Source of the DNA: Thermoflexus hugenholtzii JAD2
GTDB lineage: Bacteria; Chloroflexota; UBA11872; UBA12225
Direction: 5' to 3'
Length of the DNA: 63,146 nucleotides
NCBI GenBank assembly: GCA_945865725.1
Contig: CAMBEO010000005.1
Location: 1 to 63,146, forward strand
The position numbers were made by a program, and so were the translations under genes. Shown here piece by piece: positions 54,707 to 62,301 of the stretch (position 1 is its first letter; each line of letters begins with the position of its first letter). Below the pieces are notes generated by a model. The model did no database searches. It was not told where the DNA came from and was given only the letters and a program-made list of their open reading frames with translations.

Positions 54707-55846
54707 GTGACACCAATCGCACTGGCGCCGCACGTCGATGGCGCGGAACTGGGAGGCGAGGCCCTCCCGCCGATCGGCGACCTGTCGCTCGCAGGGCTGC
54801 GCGACCTCTCGGTCGAGATGGGCCATCCGGCCTATCGGGGCGACCAGGTTGCCGCCTGGCTGTACCGGTCGACGGTGCGGTCGTTCGCCGACATGGGCAA
54901 CTTGCCGATGGCGTTGCGCCAGGCGCTGGCGGCGCGCTTCCGCATCGATGCGATGGCGGTCGAGGCCGAGGCGGTGTCGGCCGACGGCGAGACCCGCAAG
55001 GTCGCGCTCCGCCTGCCCGACGGGGATCTCGTCGAGACGGTGCTGATGCGCTATCCGGTACGCGACGACGGCACCGGCGCGGAACGCGCAACCGTCTGCG
55101 TCAGCACGCAGGTCGGGTGCCCGGTGAAGTGCGCCTTCTGTGCCACCGGCCTGATGGGCTTCACGCGGAACCTGTCGACCGGCGAGATCGTCGGACAGGC
55201 CCTGCACTTCCTGCGATGGTCGCGCGAGGTGCCGCCGGTCGTCCGGAACGTCGTCTTCATGGGGATGGGCGAACCGCTCATGAACTACGACGCGACGATG
55301 GGCGCAGTCGCCCTGCTTGTCGAGGGAGCGGGGCTAGGCGTCCACCGCCTGACCGTCTCCACTTCCGGTTGGCTGCCGGGGATGGAGCGCCTCGCGGCGG
55401 ACCCGTTCCCCGTGCGCCTCGCGGTATCGCTTCACGCGCCAGTGGACGACCTGCGCTCGACCCTCGTCCCGCTCAACCGGCGGTTCCCCCTGCCGGTGCT
55501 GCTTGACGCGTGCTGGGACTACCAGGCGAGGACGGGCCGGCGGGTGACGTTCGAATACGTGCTGCTGGACGGGGTGAACGACACGCCCGCCCTCGCGCGC
55601 GAGCTCGTGCGCATCCTTCGAAACCATGACGTCCACGTCAACCTGATCCCGATGAACCCGGTGTCGTCGCTCCCGTTCGGCGCGTCGCGCCCCGAGGCCG
55701 TCGAGGCGTTCCACGGCGTGCTTCGCGTGGCCGGGATGATCTGCACGGTGCGCCGCGAGATGGGGCGCGACATCCGTGCCGCCTGCGGCCAGTTGCGCAC
55801 GGAGGTCCGTGAACGGGCACGCGCGGCCGTCGCGGTCGCGCCGTGA
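54707..55846 (+). CDS. rlmN: 23S rRNA/tRNA (adenine-C2)-methyltransferase, radical SAM
   Basis: CVSTQVGCPVKCAFCATG (CxxxCxxC), GMGEPLMNY, CGQL. I take the GTG at 54707 as start. Confidence 0.9.
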   Translation: MTPIALAPHVDGAELGGEALPPIGDLSLAGLRDLSVEMGHPAYRGDQVAAWLYRSTVRSFADMGNLPMALRQALAARFRIDAMAVEAEAVSADGETRKVALRLPDGDLVETVLMRYPVRDDGTGAERATVCVSTQVGCPVKCAFCATGLMGFTRNLSTGEIVGQALHFLRWSREVPPVVRNVVFMGMGEPLMNYDATMGAVALLVEGAGLGVHRLTVSTSGWLPGMERLAADPFPVRLAVSLHAPVDDLRSTLVPLNRRFPLPVLLDACWDYQARTGRRVTFEYVLLDGVNDTPALARELVRILRNHDVHVNLIPMNPVSSLPFGASRPEAVEAFHGVLRVAGMICTVRREMGRDIRAACGQLRTEVRERARAAVAVAP

Positions 55847-56568
55847 CCCCGGGGCGGCGCGTCACCGTCGCGCCGTCGGTATATGCCGCGCCCCTGCTTG
55901 AACTCGGTGACGCGGTGCGCGCGGCGGCGGACGGCGGTGCCGACGCCCTGCACCTCGACCTGATGGACGGCCACTTCGTGGCGCCGATCTCGTTCGGGAC
56001 CCTGGTCGTGCAGGCCGTCCGGAAGGCGACGACACTGCCCCTCGACGCGCACCTGATGGTGACGAACCCCGGAGACCACCTTGGATGGCTCGCGCTGGCC
56101 GGCATCCGGACGGTCACCGTTCATGCGGAGGCGTTCTCAGGCGCCGGTGAGGGCGTCGCCATCTTGCGCGCCATCCGGGCGGCGGGGATGCGCGCCGGCA
56201 TCGCGATGCGCCCTGGCACTCCGGCGGCCGGTGTCGTGGATGCCTTCGTCGGCGAGGTCGACCACGTCCTCGTGATGACGGTCGAGCCTGGCGCCTCGGG
56301 TCAACCGTTCGTCGAGGCGATGCTGCCGAAAGTGGCCGAGGTCGCCCAGAGGTTCGGGCCGGCCGTCGAGGTGGGCGTAGACGGGGGAATCGACGTCACC
56401 ACCGGGCTCGCATGCGTGGCGGCGGGAGCGACCTACCTCGTCGCCGGGAGCGCGGTGTTCGCACACGGGCCACCCGGCGTCGCGGGAGCGATCGCGCGCC
56501 TGAAGGACCTCGGGAGGGCGGGACCGGAGGCCCCGCAGGGGGGGTGGAACGCGGCTACGAGGTCTTGA
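55843..56568 (+). CDS. rpe: ribulose-phosphate 3-epimerase
   Basis: LHLDLMDGHFVAPISFG, DAHLMV, MTVEPGASGQPF. The GTG overlaps the rlmN stop (GTGA). Confidence 0.9.
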   Translation: MTPGRRVTVAPSVYAAPLLELGDAVRAAADGGADALHLDLMDGHFVAPISFGTLVVQAVRKATTLPLDAHLMVTNPGDHLGWLALAGIRTVTVHAEAFSGAGEGVAILRAIRAAGMRAGIAMRPGTPAAGVVDAFVGEVDHVLVMTVEPGASGQPFVEAMLPKVAEVAQRFGPAVEVGVDGGIDVTTGLACVAAGATYLVAGSAVFAHGPPGVAGAIARLKDLGRAGPEAPQGGWNAATRS

Positions 56569-56764
56569 CGAGTGTGCGCAGGCAACGCGTACACAGGTCG
56601 GCCTTGACCGGGATGCCCTGGAGCATGACCGTGGCCGGGCGCACGTTGGCCTTGAAGGTGCGGTTCTTCTTGGGCGCGCGACGGGCCCATCCGGCGGAGA
56701 CGTTGCTGGAGATGGTCCGGCCGTGGGCCGTCCCCTTGTTGCACATGTCGCACTTGGTAGCCAC
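56555..56764 (-). CDS. rpmB: 50S ribosomal protein L28 (Cys-containing form)
   Basis: (V)ATKCDMCNKGTAHGRTISSNVSAGWARRAPKKNRTFKANV...CTRCLRTL. GTG at 56764. Convergent 14-nt overlap with the rpe end. Confidence 0.85.
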   Translation of the reverse strand: MATKCDMCNKGTAHGRTISSNVSAGWARRAPKKNRTFKANVRPATVMLQGIPVKADLCTRCLRTLVKTS

Positions 56765-56962
56765 TGCCTGACCCCGTTCCTGGTGATGGTGCGTGCGCCA
56801 GCACGCCGGGAGCATCTGGCAGGTGGAGGATGCCGTGCTATCCTCGAACCGCCCCGAATGCGCCCGTTCGCGAGGCGCCACCGCGCAGTCCGCCAGATCG
56901 TGGGCGGGAGCCGCGACGGGGTGGCGCGATAACGCTGAACTGTAGCATCCCCGGCGTCGCGG

Positions 56963-57036
56963 TCCGGAAGGGCAGGTCCGCGGGCATCCTTGCCCGCCCC
57001 TCGTAGCACCCCTGACGCTGCACGGGGGAGGGGAGA
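56963..57036 (+). repeat. D module + hairpin module in the rpmB / DAK2 divergent spacer
   Basis: GGCAGGTCCGCGGGCATCCTTGCCCGCCCC, then CCCCTGACGCTGCACGGGGGAGGGGAG. Confidence 0.8.
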
Positions 57037-57045
57037 AGCGTCGCG

Positions 57046-58845
57046 ATGGATGCGAGCACGGTGCCGGACGACGAGGCTGAAGCGGCCCACGAGGGCGAGC
57101 GGGCGCATCTCGATGGCCCCGCGATCCGGCGCATGTTCGAGCATGCCGCGGAGTGGATCGAGCAACACGTCGGCGCGGTGAATGCGCTGAACGTCTTCCC
57201 GGTGCCCGATGGCGACACCGGGACGAACATGCACCTGACGATGCGCGCGGCGGTCGAGGCGGTGCGCCGGGTCGCTGACGAGGGGGCGAGCGCCGTCGTC
57301 CGAGCGGCCGCGAGCGGCGCCGTTCTCGGTGCGCGTGGCAACTCGGGGGTGATCCTCTCCCAGATTGTCGCCGGCCTCGCGAAGGGGCTTGGCGACGCCC
57401 GGACGGTCGCGCCGGCCGCCCTTGCCGGGGCGCTTGCGGAGGGTGCAGTCGCGGCCTATGGTGCGGTCACGCGGCCCGTGGAAGGCACGATCCTGACCGT
57501 CGCGCGGGCGGCGGGCGACGCGGCGGTCGCGCGCGTGTCGCAAGCCCGTGCCAGCGCGCACGCGGTCATCGGGGCGGCGCTCGAGGCCGCTCGCCAGGCC
57601 GTTAGCGACACGCCCTCGCAACTGCCAATCTTGAGGGCGGCGGGTGTCGTCGATGCCGGTGGCGAGGGCCTGCGGCTGATCCTCGAGGGCATGGCGTTCG
57701 CGATCCGCGGCGAGGCCGTGCCGCGTGCGCCGCGCGCCACGACCGAGCCAATCCTCACGGATGCAAGCGCTACCGGTGCCCTGGACAGCGGGACGGCCGC
57801 GACCGAAGACGACCCGCTTGCAGGCGAATGGGGATATTGCACCCAGTTCGTGATCGTCGCGCCTGATGGGGCCGACCTTTCGCTGGCGCGGGTGCGTGAG
57901 GTCATGCACGAGGTCGCGGACACGACGATCGTCGTGGGTGGGGACGGGTTCGTGCGGGTGCACGGGCACGCCGAGGATCCCGGCGCGTTCCTGACCCGTG
58001 CGGTGGGGTTCGGGCGCGTCCATCGCATCTCCATCGAGGACATGGACGCGCAGGCGGCGGAATGGCGCGCGTCCACCGACCGGATCGCCATGTCGTCCAG
58101 TCCCGACGCGAGTGCCGACGCCTTCTTGGACGCCCCCGTGGGCGTGTCAGATGGCGGGCAGGTCAGCAACCTGGCGTTCCTCGCGGTCGCGCCCGGCGAC
58201 GGCTTTGCGCGGGCGTTCCGGGACCTTGGGGTCACGGCGGTCGTGGCTGGCGGGCAGACGATGAACCCGAGCGCGCAGGAGATCCTGGATGCCGCGCGTG
58301 CGGCGCGGGCACGGGTCACGATCGTCCTCCCCAACAACGGGAACGTGGTCATGACCGCGCACCAGGCGGCATCGGTGGCGCCTAGCGCCTTGGGGGACGG
58401 ACGGTCGCTGATCGTGGTCGCCTCAAGGACGGTCCCGCAAGGGATCGCGGCGATGATGGTGGCGGGCCTCGAGGGCGACGGCGACCCGGTCCTGACGGCG
58501 GCGGCCATGGAGGCTGCCCTCACGACGGTTCGCACGGTGGAGGTGACCCGCGCGACGCGCGACGTGGAGATTGACGGCATCGCGGTCCGGCAACGCGACT
58601 ACCTCGGCCTGGTCGACGACGCCCTCGTCGCATCCGGGACCGACCTCTTCCAGGTGTCGCGCGATGCGCTCGGGCGGGCCGGGGCGGGCACGGCGGAGCT
58701 GCTCACGATCTATCGTGGCGCCGACGTCGCGCCCCCGGACGGCGAGGCGTTCGCCACGATGGTGCGCGACGCGTTCGCAAGGGCGACCGTCGAGCTGGTC
58801 GGCGGCGGGCAACCGCACTACGACTACATCATCTCGGTGGAGTGA
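57046..58845 (+). CDS. DAK2-domain fusion protein (YloV family)
   Basis: FPVPDGDTGTNMHLTM and ARGNSGVILSQ. Conserved position between rpmB and recG. Confidence 0.85.
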   Translation: MDASTVPDDEAEAAHEGERAHLDGPAIRRMFEHAAEWIEQHVGAVNALNVFPVPDGDTGTNMHLTMRAAVEAVRRVADEGASAVVRAAASGAVLGARGNSGVILSQIVAGLAKGLGDARTVAPAALAGALAEGAVAAYGAVTRPVEGTILTVARAAGDAAVARVSQARASAHAVIGAALEAARQAVSDTPSQLPILRAAGVVDAGGEGLRLILEGMAFAIRGEAVPRAPRATTEPILTDASATGALDSGTAATEDDPLAGEWGYCTQFVIVAPDGADLSLARVREVMHEVADTTIVVGGDGFVRVHGHAEDPGAFLTRAVGFGRVHRISIEDMDAQAAEWRASTDRIAMSSSPDASADAFLDAPVGVSDGGQVSNLAFLAVAPGDGFARAFRDLGVTAVVAGGQTMNPSAQEILDAARAARARVTIVLPNNGNVVMTAHQAASVAPSALGDGRSLIVVASRTVPQGIAAMMVAGLEGDGDPVLTAAAMEAALTTVRTVEVTRATRDVEIDGIAVRQRDYLGLVDDALVASGTDLFQVSRDALGRAGAGTAELLTIYRGADVAPPDGEAFATMVRDAFARATVELVGGGQPHYDYIISVE

Positions 58846-58846
58846 C

Positions 58847-61447
58847 GTGGGCGGCTCGAACGGCCCCGAGGCGCGCGCGCGAAGGATCCTCGAGTTCGAG
58901 CGGTCGCTCGGCCACAACAACCGGGCGGTCGTCGGAGGCATCGCGGCGTTCGCGGGACGCGTCGACGGGACGTGGGGCCCGTGGGGCGAGGCGGTCCAGG
59001 CGGCGCTTGCGGGCTACGCCGCGAAGACGCCGTCGGCGCGGGAGCGGGCCATCGCGACCGCCCTTGACGCGATCGGGTCCGCGGCACCGGACGTTCGAGA
59101 CGCTCCCCCGCGGGCGGCACGTGGACGCCCGGTCCCCTTACGCGGGGAAGCCACTTCGAGTGAACCGGGTCCGCCACCCGGCCGCGAGGCGTCGCCAGGC
59201 GGTGCGCCTGTGCCCGGCACTGGCGCTCGTGGCGCGACAAGCGCCCCCACCCTCAGTCCCTCCCCCGCTGCGGCGGGAGAGGGAAGCCCCGCCCCGCCCT
59301 CCCGAGGTCCTTCAGGCGCGCGATCGCTCCCGCGACGCCAGGCGACCGGTACCGCCGCACCCGACCCGGCGGTCACGGTAGTCCGAATCGAGTCCGCACG
59401 CCCGTCCGACCCGGTTTCCATCCTGCCGGAGGTCGGCGCGCGTGCCCTCGCCGCCTTCGCCAAGCTCGGCATCGCGACGCTCGAGGACCTTGCGTTTCAC
59501 CTGCCCCGGCGCCATGTCGACCGTCGCAGCGTGACGCGCATCGCCGATCTCGTGCCGGGACAGGTGGCGAACGTCCTCGTGACCGTCGCGTCGGTGAGCC
59601 GGAAGCCGACGTCACGACGGGGCCTGACGGTCACGCAAGCCATCATCCGCGACGACTCCGGGCATGCGCAGGCGACGTGGTTCAACCAGGCGTACCTGCT
59701 GCGACGCCTCGGGCTTCCGGGGACCGTACTGATCAGCGGTCGCCCTGAGCTGACACCCGGCGGCGCCCTCCAGTTCACGTCGCCAGACTTCGAGTTCGAC
59801 GTCGCCGAGTCGCTCCACGCCGGGCGCCTGGTCCCCTTCTACGCGAAGTCGGAAGGCCTCACCGACAAGGCGATCCGGACCGCAGTTCGGCAGGTTCTCG
59901 ACCTCGTCGGCGACCGGTGGGTCGACTTGGCGCCCCCAGAGGTACGGCGCTCCGAGGGGCTGCCTTGCGTGGCGGAGGCCCTCGCGGTGGCGCACTTCCC
60001 GGTGGCGGTCGAGGACCTCGCGGAGGCCGTGCGGCGCCTCGCGTTCGACGAGCTGCTGGGGATCCAGGTGTGGGTCCTGCAGCGGCGATACCAGCGGCAG
60101 ACGGAACGGCCGGGCGTTGCCTTGGAGGCACCGGATGGGACGCTCGAGGAGTTCGAGGCGCAGCTCCCGTTTCGACTGACCGGGGCACAGCGCCGGGCAA
60201 TCGCGGAGATTGCCGCCGACATTCGTCGGCCGGTGGCGATGGGCCGGCTGTTGCAGGGCGAGGTGGGATCCGGCAAGACGGCGGTCGCGGCGGCGGCGTG
60301 CCTGATGACGGTGCGTGCCGGGCACCAGGTCGCGTTCATGGCGCCGACGGACATCCTGGCGCAGCAGCACGAGCGTGGTCTTGTCGCCGTGCTCGCGCCG
60401 CTCGGCGTGCGCGTCGCGCGCGTGACCGGGAGCCAGCGCCCGCGCGAGAAGCGTCAGGCCTGGCTTGCCGTCGAGATGGGGTTGATCGACGTCCTCGTCG
60501 GCACCCATGCCCTGATCGAGGACGCCGGCAGGTTTGCGCGCCTCGGCTTGGCAATCGTCGACGAGCAGCATCGGTTCGGCGTCCGCCAACGGCAGGCGCT
60601 GGTGGGCAAGGGCACGAACCCGCACATGCTGGCGATGACGGCGACGCCGATCCCGCGAACCCTTGCCCTTTCCGTGTTCGGTGACCTGGAACTGTCGATC
60701 CTCGACGAGTTGCCACCGGGGAGGCTGCCGATCCGCACGATCATGGTCCGTCCGGAGCGCCGTGGCGAGGCGTACGAATACGTCCGCACGCAGGTCAAGA
60801 CCGGGCGCCAGGCCTTCGTGATCTTCCCGCTGGTCGAGGAGTCCGAACGGGTCGAGGCGCGCGCGGCGACGGTGGAGTTCGAGCGCCTGCGCCGCCAGTT
60901 CCCCGACTTGCGGCTGGCGCTCGTGCATGGACGCCTGTCCCCGCGTGACAAGGACGACGTGATGGCGCGCTTCCGAGACGGGCAGTGCGACGTGCTCGTG
61001 GCGACCGCGGTCGTGGAGGTCGGGATCGACGTCCCGAATGCGTCGGTGATCCTGATCGAGGGTGCGGACCGTTTCGGCCTGGCGCAACTGCACCAGTTCC
61101 GTGGGCGCGTCGGGCGTGGGCCCCACGCAAGCTCGTGCCTGCTGTTGACGGAGAGTGACTCGGAGGCGACGCTCAGCCGCCTGCGGGCGCTCGAACGGAC
61201 GTCGGATGGTTTCGTGCTCGCCGAGGAGGACCTCCGGATGCGGGGGCCAGGCCAGTTTTTCGGGACGCGACAGAGTGGCCTGCCGGACTTGCGGGTGGCC
61301 AGCTACGGGGATCGCGAGACGCTCGTGCGCGCGCGCCACCAGGCGGGGGCACTGCTCGCGTCCGACCCGGCGCTGACCTTGCCGGAACACGCGGCGCTCG
61401 GCGCGAGGGTGTCCGCGAACGAGGCGAAGTCGATGGGAGCCGGATGA
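58847..61447 (+). CDS. recG: ATP-dependent DNA helicase RecG with N-terminal helical extension
   Basis: GSGKTAVAA, DEQHRFG, MTATPIPRT, TAVVEVGIDVPNA, QLHQFRGRVGRG. The GTG at 58847 sits 1 nt after the DAK2 stop. The only other in-frame start codon I see downstream is the GTG at ~59209, which is still upstream of the embedded repeat. Confidence 0.88.
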   Translation: MGGSNGPEARARRILEFERSLGHNNRAVVGGIAAFAGRVDGTWGPWGEAVQAALAGYAAKTPSARERAIATALDAIGSAAPDVRDAPPRAARGRPVPLRGEATSSEPGPPPGREASPGGAPVPGTGARGATSAPTLSPSPAAAGEGSPAPPSRGPSGARSLPRRQATGTAAPDPAVTVVRIESARPSDPVSILPEVGARALAAFAKLGIATLEDLAFHLPRRHVDRRSVTRIADLVPGQVANVLVTVASVSRKPTSRRGLTVTQAIIRDDSGHAQATWFNQAYLLRRLGLPGTVLISGRPELTPGGALQFTSPDFEFDVAESLHAGRLVPFYAKSEGLTDKAIRTAVRQVLDLVGDRWVDLAPPEVRRSEGLPCVAEALAVAHFPVAVEDLAEAVRRLAFDELLGIQVWVLQRRYQRQTERPGVALEAPDGTLEEFEAQLPFRLTGAQRRAIAEIAADIRRPVAMGRLLQGEVGSGKTAVAAAACLMTVRAGHQVAFMAPTDILAQQHERGLVAVLAPLGVRVARVTGSQRPREKRQAWLAVEMGLIDVLVGTHALIEDAGRFARLGLAIVDEQHRFGVRQRQALVGKGTNPHMLAMTATPIPRTLALSVFGDLELSILDELPPGRLPIRTIMVRPERRGEAYEYVRTQVKTGRQAFVIFPLVEESERVEARAATVEFERLRRQFPDLRLALVHGRLSPRDKDDVMARFRDGQCDVLVATAVVEVGIDVPNASVILIEGADRFGLAQLHQFRGRVGRGPHASSCLLLTESDSEATLSRLRALERTSDGFVLAEEDLRMRGPGQFFGTRQSGLPDLRVASYGDRETLVRARHQAGALLASDPALTLPEHAALGARVSANEAKSMGAG
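59244..59287 (-). repeat. A module (reverse orientation) embedded in-frame in recG
   Basis: CCCCCACCCTCAGTCCCTCCCCCGCTGCGGCGGGAGAGGGAAGC is 44/44 identical to the intergenic copy at 24400-24443. Confidence 0.95.
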
Positions 61448-61477
61448 CCCTTTCCCGCCCTCGTGCCCGTTGCCTCA

Positions 61478-61600
61478 CCCCCATGCCCCCTCTCCTCCGG
61501 AATGGCCCCCCTCCATCGGCCGCAACAGGCACCCCCCAGCGCTGCGCGGACCCGGGAGAGCACCACCGCCCGAGGGGCGCGCATGCGCATAACGATGGGA
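61478..61600 (-). repeat. degenerate B-type module plus palindrome/ATAACGATGG module upstream of rsmD
   Basis: CCCCCCTCCATCGGCCGCAACAGGCACCCCCCAGCGCTGCGCGGACCCGGGAGAGCACCACC, then GCGCATGCGCATAACGATGGGAG. Confidence 0.7.
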
Positions 61601-61610
61601 GTGTCATGCC

Positions 61611-62156
61611 ATGCGGGTGATTGCCGGCGACGCGGGTGGCCTCGTGCTCGTCGCGCCTCGTGGATCGGCGACGCGCCCCACCACCGACAAGGTGAAGGGC
61701 GCGATCTTCGGGATGCTCGGCGAGGCTGGCGCGGCGGGGCGCGTGCTCGACCTCTTCGCCGGCTCCGGGGGCCTTGGGATCGAGGCGCTAAGCCGGGGGG
61801 CAACGTGGTGCGACTTCGTCGACCGGTCGCCAGATGCCATTGCAGCGATCGTCGCGAACTTGGCTCATACGCACCAGGCTGGGGCCGGGCAGGTCCACCG
61901 CGTTGAGGCGCTCCGTTTCCTTGACGGAATCGGGACGCCGTTCGACCTCGTGCTGTGCGACCCGCCGTACGGGTGGGTGGCGATGGATGACCTCCTCGGG
62001 CGCCTCGCTCGGCCCGAGGTGACGCGCGAGGGCGGGATCGTCGTCCTTGAGACCGGTCGGCGTGACCCGGCGCCGTCGCCGCCTGCGCGCCTGGTTGTCG
62101 ACCGCACCCGAATCCACGGCGACACGGTCGTGACGATCATGCGCGCGTCGGGTTGA
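61611..62156 (+). CDS. rsmD: 16S rRNA (guanine966-N2)-methyltransferase
   Basis: RPTTDKVKGAIFGML, LDLFAGSGGLGIEALSRGA, CDPPY. Confidence 0.9.
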   Translation: MRVIAGDAGGLVLVAPRGSATRPTTDKVKGAIFGMLGEAGAAGRVLDLFAGSGGLGIEALSRGATWCDFVDRSPDAIAAIVANLAHTHQAGAGQVHRVEALRFLDGIGTPFDLVLCDPPYGWVAMDDLLGRLARPEVTREGGIVVLETGRRDPAPSPPARLVVDRTRIHGDTVVTIMRASG

Positions 62157-62301
62157 CGCAACGCTGCCGGACGCGGTTCGTTCAGACACGCAGGTAGCCG
62201 GTGGCAGGTCGAGCCGCCGGGGCGTGCCCGCGCGGCCGCGCGGAGCGCATTGGCGGTGACGGGTCCTCCCGGGCCCGTGCCGTTGCGAGAGGAATTCGCG
62301 G

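Noticed and set aside
58571-58846. The N-terminal 92 codons of the 958-aa recG ORF.
   Set aside because: They overlap the 3' end of the DAK2 gene in another frame. The GTG at 58847, right after the DAK2 stop, gives a protein starting with a plausible RecG N-terminal helical region.
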